A DNA stretch of 24,823 nucleotides from Breznakia sp. PF5-3 (GCF_029504745.1 NZ_JAQFIQ010000034.1:1-24823); one strand, 5' to 3'. Positions 8,249 to 17,348 are shown, counted from the first letter of the stretch. Translations and numbers: made by a program. Notes: generated by a model not told the origin, from the letters alone.

Positions 8249-9324
8249 GCTTGCATCCTCCTTGACTCTTTCAAATGTGTGTTTCGCACTTTTGTATAAC
8301 CTACAGTTGTAGCAATCAACAATGTGCTTATACCTAGTAATATCCAATGCGTATAACAAGTTTGATTTAATACGGAAAGTGATTTCTTAACTTCTGTAAA
8401 CTCGTCTCTATCAAATGAATAAACCTTATAGTTTTCATCATTTTTTAATTTATCAATCTCTTTCAGTCTTGCTATGATTGAATCATAACGATTTTCACCA
8501 GACAGACTACTTTCCTTTTTTAGTGTGAAACTGTACTCTTTTCGTCTAACTGTGTCTAAAATTTTCTCAACTTCTTTCGATCCTATTTCATTTATCACCT
8601 TGTCTACCACTTCTCTATCAAGATTCACTTGATTCCCTTGGTTTCCACTTTCAGGAATATTAGGATAATTAGGACTTATCGAAGCAGACTGTTTTTTCCC
8701 AGCTACAATCTGAATAGTTTCTATTGTCCACCAAATTGTTGATATATCATTCTCGTCATACCCATCATGTGAGAGCATAAGCTCTCCATCAATCATTGAG
8801 GTCATATTAAAATCACCAAAAGTAAAGGCTATATTTGTTCCGCTCGTACTTGTGTCTACGTTACGAATTCGAAACTTAATTTTAGCGACAATACCCCCAC
8901 TCTTGTTTCCAGTACCTGGATCTCTTTTTTCACTAACAAACCGAATTTTCCCTTTCTTTCCATTAGCATTTTGAGACATATTTGACCATCCAGTATTTTT
9001 TAACTCAGCACACATAGAAGAATTCACTTCACTGAAACTACTGTATAACTCCAAACTATTGTAATCATATGTGATACTCTCCATGAAAGATACTGCATCT
9101 GTATTCGCAGGAAGTATTATATTAACTTGTATAATATTCCCATTTTGATAATGCATTACACCATTTTCCTCATACGGTTGCGCACCACCCCCAACATACT
9201 CAATCGTATGATGCAAAGTTCTCGACACTTGATTTGATGTCACTTTATTTTGAGCATTCATGCTACCATTTTCCATCCAAAACAGCAGTCCAACCATAAC
9301 CAATAATAATATATTCTTTTTCAT
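8245..9324 (-). CDS. Secreted, C-terminally membrane-anchored protein with a cohesin-like N-terminal module
   Basis: Signal peptide MKKNILLLVMVGLLFWMENGSMNA. Residues about 35-205 are paralogous to the N-terminal modules of the 1053-aa and 534-aa proteins (NGxIIxVxxxLP...YDxxxLxL...GGxxAKIxFxI...GTxIxFxF). C-terminal TM HWILLGISTLLIATTVGY followed by a basic tail. Confidence 0.75.
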   Translation of the reverse strand: MKKNILLLVMVGLLFWMENGSMNAQNKVTSNQVSRTLHHTIEYVGGGAQPYEENGVMHYQNGNIIQVNIILPANTDAVSFMESITYDYNSLELYSSFSEVNSSMCAELKNTGWSNMSQNANGKKGKIRFVSEKRDPGTGNKSGGIVAKIKFRIRNVDTSTSGTNIAFTFGDFNMTSMIDGELMLSHDGYDENDISTIWWTIETIQIVAGKKQSASISPNYPNIPESGNQGNQVNLDREVVDKVINEIGSKEVEKILDTVRRKEYSFTLKKESSLSGENRYDSIIARLKEIDKLKNDENYKVYSFDRDEFTEVKKSLSVLNQTCYTHWILLGISTLLIATTVGYTKVRNTHLKESRRMQA

Positions 9325-9360
9325 AATAAATAAACAAATCCTTTCTTAATACATAACCCT

Positions 9361-12300
9361 CTATAAATTAACTCCTGCTGGAACCTTGACATAAGGAGGT
9401 TCATCGCTAGGATTCATTAAGTGATAGTTAATTCTCGCTACATCATATGAATCTATAATTCCATTTCCGTTCGCATCTGATAATAGAAGTACTAACTCTG
9501 TTTGTGAATCTTCATTCATTATGTAGTAACTAAATCTAGCTTTATCATATGAATCAACCATTCCATTTTCATTGTAATCAAATAACATAACATCTCTTGT
9601 TTTTTGAACAACACTGATTGTAACTGTTTTTTCAACATAACTACTACCTGTTCCATAACTATATGTAATGTTGTAATCTCCTAAAACACCATTTTTAATA
9701 TTGTTTAAGTTGCCATTAGAAATAGATACAGTTGGAGCCGCAGTCGTTCCATCCGCAAATACTACTTCTGCTTCATTAAACGGAATTAAATCTTCTGCTT
9801 TTGTAATTTTCTTTGCATCATCATTTGTAATTTCACCATCATTTGCTTCTAATGCAACTTTTCCATCTGGTGATATTACAGCTTCATCTGAAACAACTGT
9901 GATTTTTACTGTTTTTTCAACATAACCATCACCTGTTCCATATGTATACATAACATCGTAAGAACCCAATGTTCCTTTTTTGATATCCAACCATTCATTA
10001 TTTGTCACTGTAACATTTGGTGTAGCTGTGCTACCATCAAACATTGTCACTAATGCTTCGTTATAAGTGGATAAATCTGTTTTTGCTGATAATGCTTTTG
10101 CTTGACTTACTGTAATATGTTTGTCTTTTGCATATAAACTTGCTTTTTCATTTTCAGAAACTTCAGACCCATCTTTAATTACTGTTAATTTCACCTTTTT
10201 TAATAAAGTACTTGCAGGTGTAGGATATGAATATGTAACATTATATGTTCCTAAAGCACCATCTAGAACATCTAACCATTCACCTGTAGTAACATTTACA
10301 TTTGGTGTAGGAGTTGTTCCATCTAGCATCATAACAACAGCTTTATTAATTGGAATTAAATCTGCTTTAGCTCTTAATGCTTTTGCATCTTTTTGGAAAA
10401 TAAATCCATCTTTTGCAGATAAGCTTCCGTATTCATCAGTTGCTGCATCATCATCGATAACATTTACTCTAAAAGTTTCAGTAACTTGTTTATCACCTGT
10501 TCCATATGTATATGCAATTTCATATGTTCCAATTGTTCCTAGTTTAATTGATGCAAAATCTAACGTTGTTACACTAGGAGTAGGATTTGTTCCATCCATT
10601 GCTGTTACTTTTACTTTATTAATACCTATTAAGTCTTCCTTAGCTACTAATGCTCTTGCTTGTGTTTGTGTAATTTGAGCATTTTCCCCTTCAATTTGAT
10701 GCGCTTTGTCTTTTGCAATTTCTAAAGTTACAGTTTTGCTAACCGCATCATCACCACTTCCATATGAGAACACTATAGTATAATCACCTATTACACCCTT
10801 TTTAATATTTGTCCAATCCGACACACTAATTTGTGGAGTGTATGTATTTCCATCTGAATCTGTAACAAGTGCATTTGCTAAATCAATCAAATCACTTTGA
10901 CTAACTAAAGCTTTAGCTTCACTTTCAGACAATTCAATATCATCTGCTGATAGACTATATTTTTCATTCTTAGAAACTTCATCGTTATCTCCAATAACGG
11001 TGATTTTAACTTTAAGATCCGTTTCATTCACACCAGAACCATAAGCATAATACACATCATATCCACCTTTATTACCACTTCTGATTTCTGTCCAATTGTT
11101 TGCTGATACTGATGCATCAGGATTCGCAGTTGTACCATCGGCTAAATATACAATTGCTTTATTGTATGGACGAAGCTCATTACGATTAGTTAAATTTTTC
11201 GCAATGGATTCTTTTATAAATCCCGATTCTGCATATACTGCGAATTTTCCATCTGGAGAAATTTCTGATCCATCTGGAACAACCACCACGTTAACAGTTT
11301 TTTCTGCTAACCCTTGGCCACTACCATACTTATAAGTGACAGGATAAGCACCAATTTTTCCTGTTTTCAATGTTGAAAATTGACTACATACAACACTTGG
11401 AACTGCACTTGTCCCATCGCTCTTTGTAACTTTAGCACTATTTAAATTAATCAACTGTGAAGTGCTTGATAATGCTTTAGCTTCACTTTGTGTAATAATT
11501 TTATCTTTTGCATAAACTGCATTATTTCCGTCTGGAGAAATTGTACTTCCATCTTCAATAACATTTAACTTAACTGTTTTAGAATCTGATAAACCTGCAT
11601 CACTATACGAATATGTAACTGTATAAGCTCCTAAAGTTCCCGATTTAATTGCAGCTAAATTTGATGCTGTTGCAGTTAAATTCAAAGGCGTTCCATCTCC
11701 CAATTCAGCAACTACTTTATTAGTTGCTTTTAAATCCATTGCTGTATTTATAAGCTTTGCATCACTTTGTGTAATAAAGCCGTCTTTTGCATTAAAGTTA
11801 ACACTTGGTGACTTTGCCATTACAGTTACGCTTGGTAAGTCACAAGACATTGTATTGATCTTATCATTTATATCATATCCTGGTGTTAACCAGTTGAAAT
11901 CAATATCTACTGCATCATAATTTTTAAAATCAAAAGTTATTGGTGTTCCTGCATCTGTTTCAACACCATTATTTATCTTGAAATATATTTTTGCAATCGC
12001 TCCACCTTCATTAATAGGTACATCTGTTTTATATGTAGATGAACGTAATAATATATATGAATGCGTACTCGAAACTGAATGAATCCCTACCAAGTTAGAC
12101 CAGCTACTTGCTTTGAAGTTCGAATCTAAAGACGCCAAAATATCATCAGAGGTTGAAATTAATTGAACCTTTGTAGGATCATAATGAACTTCTTCTTTTA
12201 AAGAAATTGCATAATTATCTACTGGTAAAGATAATCTAACTTCAAGAATACTTCCATTTCTATAGTATGTTGTCCCTCCTTCATTATAACTTGGAGCAGA

Positions 12301-12480
12301 AACTCCATAGCCAGTTCCATCATTCCAAGTCACTGTATTGTTCATAACAATCGGACCATAAACTGATACGCCATCACCCACAATTGCGCTAACATTCAAT
12401 AACGAAGATGGCAAAATGCATGTAATTGCTAAAGCTATAGCAAAAAACATCTTATTTAATTTGAATATATTTTTTTTCAT
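9361..12480 (-). CDS. Large secreted protein: cohesin-like module, 8 Ig-like (Big_3-like) repeats, C-terminal dockerin-like module
   Basis: I start at ATG 12480 (MKKNIFKLNKMFFAIALAITCILPSSLLNVSA, RBS GAAAGGA). The track start at 12522 adds 14 residues. There is no membrane anchor. See the repeat and dockerin features. Confidence 0.85.
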   Translation of the reverse strand: MKKNIFKLNKMFFAIALAITCILPSSLLNVSAIVGDGVSVYGPIVMNNTVTWNDGTGYGVSAPSYNEGGTTYYRNGSILEVRLSLPVDNYAISLKEEVHYDPTKVQLISTSDDILASLDSNFKASSWSNLVGIHSVSSTHSYILLRSSTYKTDVPINEGGAIAKIYFKINNGVETDAGTPITFDFKNYDAVDIDFNWLTPGYDINDKINTMSCDLPSVTVMAKSPSVNFNAKDGFITQSDAKLINTAMDLKATNKVVAELGDGTPLNLTATASNLAAIKSGTLGAYTVTYSYSDAGLSDSKTVKLNVIEDGSTISPDGNNAVYAKDKIITQSEAKALSSTSQLINLNSAKVTKSDGTSAVPSVVCSQFSTLKTGKIGAYPVTYKYGSGQGLAEKTVNVVVVPDGSEISPDGKFAVYAESGFIKESIAKNLTNRNELRPYNKAIVYLADGTTANPDASVSANNWTEIRSGNKGGYDVYYAYGSGVNETDLKVKITVIGDNDEVSKNEKYSLSADDIELSESEAKALVSQSDLIDLANALVTDSDGNTYTPQISVSDWTNIKKGVIGDYTIVFSYGSGDDAVSKTVTLEIAKDKAHQIEGENAQITQTQARALVAKEDLIGINKVKVTAMDGTNPTPSVTTLDFASIKLGTIGTYEIAYTYGTGDKQVTETFRVNVIDDDAATDEYGSLSAKDGFIFQKDAKALRAKADLIPINKAVVMMLDGTTPTPNVNVTTGEWLDVLDGALGTYNVTYSYPTPASTLLKKVKLTVIKDGSEVSENEKASLYAKDKHITVSQAKALSAKTDLSTYNEALVTMFDGSTATPNVTVTNNEWLDIKKGTLGSYDVMYTYGTGDGYVEKTVKITVVSDEAVISPDGKVALEANDGEITNDDAKKITKAEDLIPFNEAEVVFADGTTAAPTVSISNGNLNNIKNGVLGDYNITYSYGTGSSYVEKTVTISVVQKTRDVMLFDYNENGMVDSYDKARFSYYIMNEDSQTELVLLLSDANGNGIIDSYDVARINYHLMNPSDEPPYVKVPAGVNL
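9412..9579 (-). other. Dockerin-like module (two EF-hand-type Ca-binding loops)
   Basis: DYNENGMVDSYD-KARFSYYIM and DANGNGIIDSYD-VARINYHLM, 34 aa apart. Both loops have D/N at positions 1, 3, 5, 9 and 12, as in type I dockerin duplicated segments. Confidence 0.7.
9595..11799 (-). repeat. Eight tandem protein-level repeats of about 93 aa (Big_3 / bacterial Ig-like)
   Basis: Recurrent pattern AKD-x-I-x-x-S/T-x-AKAL-...-DGT-x-x-x-P-x-V-...-G-x-x-G-x-Y-x-V/I-x-Y-x-Y-G-x-G-...-K-x-V-x-I/V-x-V. The repeats are diverged (roughly 30-40% identity by eye), so they are not DNA-level repeats. Confidence 0.75.
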
Positions 12481-12544
12481 ATTATCCTTTCTAAATCGAC
12501 AAGCAAGAAAAGATGCCTTCACACCTTTTCTTTATTTATCTTTT

Positions 12545-14101
12545 CTATTTACTACTTGATTTAACTTTTTTAACACCAAATCCCATCGCTACCATTGACA
12601 TCAATGCTGTAAACATCCATGCAATAGTATTTGTAGTATCTGCTGTTCCAACACCAGTAGAACCATCTCCCGCTCCAGCAGTAGATGCTGCAGAAATTAC
12701 TGAATCTTTACTTCCATCATTTCCGTTTCCACTGTTATTACCATTGTTCCCACTATTATTTGATCCATTTATTTTTATTAGACCTTTCACAATGTAATTC
12801 TCTTTAGTAGCACTTAATTTATTCCATTCATTTACATCGCTACCATTATATTTTGTAATTACGCGATTACCATCGCTATCATAAGATATAATTGGCATTA
12901 CCAATTCATAATTGACACCAAATGTCTGATCACCAATTAATTTACCATCACTATCTACCTTATATTTTTCCGTATTTCCATTCAAAGCAACACCTTCAAC
13001 CATAAATGTTGATCCATCATTACATGATACCGTTACCTTAAATGCATCATTTACTGCATCTTGTAATTCTTTTTTCATATCATCTTCAGAAGTACCAGCA
13101 TCAAACGTAAACTCTTTTCCTGTTTTATCTACTTTTGTAATTGTATATGTTCTTTCTGTAACTGTTACTGTTGCTGTAGCCGTTGTTGTTTTTCCATAAT
13201 CATCTGTAATTGAATATGTATATGTGTATGTTCCAGCTTCTGGTTGATGTTTCGTGAATACTCCATCTCCTCCAGAAATTGTTACATTTTCTTTACCGAC
13301 TGTATTTCCTTGGCTATCTTTAACTGACGAAATTAAACTACTAGGGTCAAACACATCACCTTCATAAATTGTTTTTGTAGCTGTTTCTAAGCTAATGCTA
13401 GGTGAAGTTTCATTTGCTTTTGGTTTTTTCACAACAATTGAGAATGGGTCACATTCACAGAACATTGATAACTTATCTGCTGGATCAAAACCTAATGTCA
13501 AATAATCAAAATTTGCATCAATAGCATCAAAGTATGGTGATGTAAATGTTATTGTTGTTCCCTCCTCAGTGGCAACTCCTTGGTTAATTTTGAAATAAAT
13601 TTTACACAACTTTCCACCTTCATAATTAGGTGTACAAGTCCTTGATGCTGCTTGGATCCTTATCATACTTGTTGTTGCGTCAATTGGGTACCCATTACAA
13701 AGCATTTCAAAATTATCTTTGTAAAAGCTACTTGGCATCGTTGCTGTAACATCAGTATACGATGATACTAATGTTAGTTTCGTTGAATCATAACGTATCT
13801 CATTCATTGTACTGATTGTACTATGATTATCTGGCAATACAACTGCCACCTCAATAATACTTCCATCTTGAAAATAAGTTACCCCATCTTCTACATAAGA
13901 TGATGGTGATACACCATATCCCGCAGAACCATCTGCCCATGTTACTGAGTGCGTAGCTTTAAAAGGTGGGGCAAGTGTACTCACTTGCTGGTCTGCGTGC
14001 GCTTTGCTACGTGAACCCTCAATAATAAGTCCAGTTCCAACAAGTGCTACAATAAGCATACATATGAAACTAACTCTAAATTTCATTTTCGATTTAATCA
14101 T
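12545..14101 (-). CDS. Secreted, C-terminally anchored protein: cohesin-like module, Ig-like domain, unknown domain, N/G/S-rich linker, TM
   Basis: I start at ATG 14101 (MIKSKMKFRVSFICMLIVALVGTGLIIEGSRSKAHA, RBS AGGAAGGAG). The N-terminal module is paralogous to the two downstream genes. There is one Big_3-like unit (TIYEGDVFDP...GTYTYTYSITDDYGKTTTATATVTV). The tail is NNSGNNGNNSGNGNDGS...TIAWMFTALMSMVAMGFGVKKVKSSSK. Confidence 0.8.
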   Translation of the reverse strand: MIKSKMKFRVSFICMLIVALVGTGLIIEGSRSKAHADQQVSTLAPPFKATHSVTWADGSAGYGVSPSSYVEDGVTYFQDGSIIEVAVVLPDNHSTISTMNEIRYDSTKLTLVSSYTDVTATMPSSFYKDNFEMLCNGYPIDATTSMIRIQAASRTCTPNYEGGKLCKIYFKINQGVATEEGTTITFTSPYFDAIDANFDYLTLGFDPADKLSMFCECDPFSIVVKKPKANETSPSISLETATKTIYEGDVFDPSSLISSVKDSQGNTVGKENVTISGGDGVFTKHQPEAGTYTYTYSITDDYGKTTTATATVTVTERTYTITKVDKTGKEFTFDAGTSEDDMKKELQDAVNDAFKVTVSCNDGSTFMVEGVALNGNTEKYKVDSDGKLIGDQTFGVNYELVMPIISYDSDGNRVITKYNGSDVNEWNKLSATKENYIVKGLIKINGSNNSGNNGNNSGNGNDGSKDSVISAASTAGAGDGSTGVGTADTTNTIAWMFTALMSMVAMGFGVKKVKSSSK

Positions 14102-14156
14102 TTTATTTCTCCTTCCTGTTAAATCTTTACTAAGAACCTTCGTCCTCACAAGTTAT

Positions 14157-14181
14157 GACGAAATGAAAATAAATTACGTTC
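14157..14181 (-). promoter_or_regulatory. ECF-type promoter candidate P2 (GAAC-N17-CGTC) upstream of the surface-protein genes
   Basis: The minus strand reads ataGAACgtaatttattttcatttCGTCata, 56 nt upstream of ATG 14101. It is near-identical in extended sequence to P1. Confidence 0.6.
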
Positions 14182-14275
14182 TATTCAAAATAATCTTTAA
14201 ATAACTCAAATAAAATATGTAATATATTTTTGGCTAACATATTACATATTTTTAACTATATTAATTTAAACCAAA

Positions 14276-15610
14276 TCAATTTGCCTCTACTATATCATTC
14301 ACCTTTATATCAAATGTTGCATAATTTCCAGCATGATCATACAATCGTAATTCGCCATTTGCAAGTATTTGTTCCTGTAATGTTGCAATCATATTTTTAT
14401 CATCAATGCTTTTAAATGAAATTCTTTGATTATTTGAAATAAAATATGATCTAGAAAAATCAACCCCTGCTAAATCATCCATAGCTGTAATTTGTAATAG
14501 CCCATTTCGTTCTTCCATTGAAACTATCTCTGGGAGAGATTTGTCAATATTAGAAATAGCTATATCTTTATGAAAATCTCCGTAAGCAAAATTATATATT
14601 CCATTACCTTTAGCAATAAAGCTTATCGTTTTTTGATCCTCTTTATGTACTTCTATGCTCTCGTTATTAAAGATAATAGAAATCAACTCCTCATTTATAT
14701 CATTATCAAACCTTAAAACAATTTGAAGATTTTTATTAGTCAAATTGTCATCAAAATTTATTTCTTCAAGCTTTGCTTCTTCCAAAATTGCTTCACTTTC
14801 ATTATTTGATGCTTGTAATTCATTAATACCAATATATGCACTTGTTCCACCAATCAGAATACTTGATGAAATAATAGCAACTGTTACAGCTGTTGATACC
14901 CCCTGCACACCTACTGAAGCAATTGTTGTTATCTCTGTAGATTGTGCAATCGTTTTATAAATAAAGTCTTGCTTATCCATACTAAGTGACTCACTTTCTA
15001 CAATTCGTTGAAATAACCGCACTGTTAATGGATTAATCGAAAACATTAAATACCTAGATGGTGTAATTTTTTTATTAGTTAATTCTTTTTGTAAAATCTT
15101 GCGAATTCGATATAATCTACTTTTGATTGTCCCCTCAGGCATATTCATAATTTGGGCAATTTCATCAATATTCAAATCACCAACAAAACGAAGTGTTGCA
15201 ATTCTTTGTGACTCATTTGGCAACTTATTAATTTCTTCTTTAACCTCTAAAAAAAGTTCATTTCGCACCATTTGTTCTTCTGTGCTAGCATCATCATTTG
15301 AATATACATCTTCAAAAAGAACTTCATTTCTTTCAGAATATTTAACATTTCTCCGATATATATCTAGGCTGCAATTATAAGTTATCCTAAAAACCCAGGA
15401 GTTAAATGCTCCTGTTTCTTTTACATTTCCACGGTTTTTTATAATCTTTATAAATGTTTCTTGCACTACTTCCTCAGCGTCTGCACTATTATGCAAAACA
15501 GAGAATGCCATATAATGAATTTTATTTTGATAATTCCTATATATTTCAGGAAAAACCGTATCATCTCCATCTAGAAATTGTCGTATTATCTTTTCCTTTA
15601 ATTTTGACAT
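14276..15610 (-). CDS. ECF-type sigma-70 family factor fused to a TM segment and a C-terminal extracytoplasmic domain
   Basis: Region 2 (EEVVQETFIKIIKN...FNSWVFRITYNCSLDIYRR) and region 4 (LPNESQRIATLRFVGDLNIDEIAQIMNMPEGTIKSRLYRIRKIL). A hydrophobic stretch covers aa about 227-262. The about 150-aa C-terminal domain is paralogous to that of CDS 16251..16898. Confidence 0.85.
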   Translation of the reverse strand: MSKLKEKIIRQFLDGDDTVFPEIYRNYQNKIHYMAFSVLHNSADAEEVVQETFIKIIKNRGNVKETGAFNSWVFRITYNCSLDIYRRNVKYSERNEVLFEDVYSNDDASTEEQMVRNELFLEVKEEINKLPNESQRIATLRFVGDLNIDEIAQIMNMPEGTIKSRLYRIRKILQKELTNKKITPSRYLMFSINPLTVRLFQRIVESESLSMDKQDFIYKTIAQSTEITTIASVGVQGVSTAVTVAIISSSILIGGTSAYIGINELQASNNESEAILEEAKLEEINFDDNLTNKNLQIVLRFDNDINEELISIIFNNESIEVHKEDQKTISFIAKGNGIYNFAYGDFHKDIAISNIDKSLPEIVSMEERNGLLQITAMDDLAGVDFSRSYFISNNQRISFKSIDDKNMIATLQEQILANGELRLYDHAGNYATFDIKVNDIVEAN

Positions 15611-15632
15611 ATTTTGCCCTCTCTATACATAT

Positions 15633-15657
15633 GACGTCAACCAATTTATATACGTTT
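15633..15657 (-). promoter_or_regulatory. ECF-type promoter candidate P3 (AAAC-N17-CGTC) directly upstream of the sigma-fusion gene
   Basis: The minus strand reads tcaAAACgtatataaattggttgaCGTCata, 23 nt upstream of ATG 15610. Confidence 0.5.
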
Positions 15658-15667
15658 TGAATTTATA

Positions 15668-16243
15668 TCATTTACCATTCCCAAAAGAATTAAATGGATA
15701 TAGAATAATAATCCCTCTTGAAATAATATTTTTTGCTTTAATCGCTCCAAAAGAACGTGAATCACTAGAGTAAGGGCGATTATCACCCAATACAAAATAT
15801 TCATCTTCTTTCAAAGAAACAGGACCAAAATCCTTCGTAAAAACTGATGATGTTTTAAGATAGTTCTGTTTATATTGCGCATCTAAAAACGGTTCTTCTA
15901 CTTCTATCCCATCTACATACAGTTTGTCATTCATATAGAAAATCGTTTCTCCAGGTAAACCAACCACTCTTTTCACTAATTCTATATCTTCACCTTTTCT
16001 ATTATTTGTATCTTTTATGATTACAATTTCAAAACGCTTTATATCTTTAATATTAGAAAATAATTTATTACTAACGCCATACTCACCAGCTTTTAATGTA
16101 GGATACATACTATCACCATAAATTTCAACTTGATGAAAAATAAATCTTGTAATTACAAAAATCAAAATCAGAAAAATTATTAGTACTTTTATCATAATGA
16201 TATTCCAGTACTTGATTTTATCTTTATCATCAGTTTCTCTCAT
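15668..16243 (-). CDS. lepB: Type I signal peptidase (S26 family, LepB/SipS-type)
   Basis: N-terminal TM, then GDSMYPTL (catalytic Ser box), VKRVVGLPGE (Lys box) and GDNRPYSSDSR. Confidence 0.9.
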   Translation of the reverse strand: MRETDDKDKIKYWNIIMIKVLIIFLILIFVITRFIFHQVEIYGDSMYPTLKAGEYGVSNKLFSNIKDIKRFEIVIIKDTNNRKGEDIELVKRVVGLPGETIFYMNDKLYVDGIEVEEPFLDAQYKQNYLKTSSVFTKDFGPVSLKEDEYFVLGDNRPYSSDSRSFGAIKAKNIISRGIIILYPFNSFGNGK

Positions 16244-16250
16244 TATAAGT

Positions 16251-16898
16251 TTATTCTATATCCTCTACCCGTATATCATAAGATGCATAGTTACCAGCTT
16301 TATCATATAACATCAAGGTAGCATCCTTCTCTAACGCTTCTTTAATTACAGCAATATCTTGTTTGCTTTTCATGATAGTAATTTTTTCATCATCAACTTT
16401 AATATGTGACTTCTTATAATCAATCCCACTACCTTTATCAGTTACTGTTAATGTCAATAAGCCAGACGAATCCTTATTAATACTTTTCAATACAGGCCCA
16501 TCTTTATCAATATTATCGATTTTTATCGTTTCGCTAAATTTTCCATATGAAATCTTATAATTTCCATTCTTCTGTACTATAAAATGAAGAACATCATCTT
16601 CTTTTTTTACTGCTATTTTCTTTTTGTTAGATGTAACGCTCAGCTTTGACTCATCAGCATCTCCGCTAATCATAATTGCCACCTGCACATCAGTATTAGT
16701 CTTTTCTTTTTTATATACGATATTTTCTATGTATGAGGTTGCAACTACCGAATCCTTACTATTTGACATTTCAAATATTGATATTGTTGCAACTAGTACG
16801 ATAACAACACTTAAAGTAACCAATACTATTTTGAGTCTTTTCTTGGATTTATCACTATTTTGAATAAATGTCATAATTTCCTTAATTTTCTTCATCAT
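16251..16898 (-). CDS. Single-pass membrane protein whose ectodomain is paralogous to the sigma-fusion C-terminal domain (anti-sigma-like or co-sensor candidate)
   Basis: TM LKIVLVTLSVVIVLVATISIF. The ectodomain aligns with the sigma-fusion C-terminus (NGNYKISYGKFSETIKIDNIDKDGP...GLLTLTVTD...LMLYDKAGNYASYDIRVEDI against NGIYNFAYGDFHKDIAISNIDKSLP...GLLQITAMD...LRLYDHAGNYATFDIKVNDI). The start may be the second ATG (16895), judging by AGGAGA spacing. Confidence 0.75.
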   Translation of the reverse strand: MMKKIKEIMTFIQNSDKSKKRLKIVLVTLSVVIVLVATISIFEMSNSKDSVVATSYIENIVYKKEKTNTDVQVAIMISGDADESKLSVTSNKKKIAVKKEDDVLHFIVQKNGNYKISYGKFSETIKIDNIDKDGPVLKSINKDSSGLLTLTVTDKGSGIDYKKSHIKVDDEKITIMKSKQDIAVIKEALEKDATLMLYDKAGNYASYDIRVEDIE

Positions 16899-16904
16899 CT
16901 TCTC

Positions 16905-17348
16905 CTACTTACATTTCATTCCCGCTTCACTTAAATTCTTTTTAGCTGTTTCAAGTTTAATTTTATCTTCATCTGCTGACAAAAATTGAACTAGTAAACC
17001 TGACTCTTTCAATTCTTTAATCGTACTATCGTCAATTGCTATCTTAATTGTTTCTTTTAACTCTTTATCTGAAATTTTATACGAGTAGTCTACTCCTTTA
17101 ATTTTTTTATACTGTTTCCCAACCGTTTTAGCTATTTCTTCTAAATCTTCTTTTGAATATAGTTCCTCATCAACTTCAATTTGATTATCATATGTAATCT
17201 TTTGAACCTCTCCATCTTTTGATTCCATTGTCACCGTAGATTCTGGTGTTGTTATATCTTCAAATGTACATACTGTTTCTTTTGTCTTTGATCCGCATGC
17301 TCCTAATAGTAGCACACATGAAAATAGCATTAATATTCTTTTTCTCAT
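16905..17348 (-). CDS. Lipoprotein (YehR/DUF1307-like)
   Basis: Lipobox LLLGAC|GSK after MRKRILMLFSCV. Size and the KGVDYSYKISDKELKETI pattern resemble DUF1307 lipoproteins (visual call). Confidence 0.7.
   Translation of the reverse strand: MRKRILMLFSCVLLLGACGSKTKETVCTFEDITTPESTVTMESKDGEVQKITYDNQIEVDEELYSKEDLEEIAKTVGKQYKKIKGVDYSYKISDKELKETIKIAIDDSTIKELKESGLLVQFLSADEDKIKLETAKKNLSEAGMKCK

Noticed and set aside
8114-8359. 81-aa ORF as given in the track
   Set aside because: Its first 37 codons overlap the 359-aa CDS out of frame and have no RBS. Only the internal ATG at 8248 has an RBS and stop-start coupling, so it is reported as a 44-aa CDS instead.
9701-11335. Plus-strand ORFs 9701..9925, 10121..10678 and 11096..11335 inside the 1053-aa gene
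   Set aside because: They are antisense shadow ORFs of a long, well-supported minus-strand CDS. Their S/T/P/F/V-rich low-complexity translations have no RBS and no recognisable motif.
12545-12640. LPXTG sortase anchor on the 534-aa protein
   Set aside because: The hydrophobic helix and basic tail are present but no LPXTG-like pentapeptide could be found. It is reported only as an anomaly, not as a sortase substrate.
12513-12797. Plus-strand 94-aa ORF overlapping the end of the 534-aa gene
   Set aside because: It is the antisense of the Asn/Gly/Ser-rich linker and TM-anchor coding region. The Pro/Leu/Phe-rich product is a compositional artefact.
14004-14415. Plus-strand ORFs 14004..14204 and 14230..14415 in and around the P2 intergenic region
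   Set aside because: They are antisense to the 534-aa signal-peptide codons and to the end of the sigma gene. They have no RBS, and the region is better explained by promoter P2.
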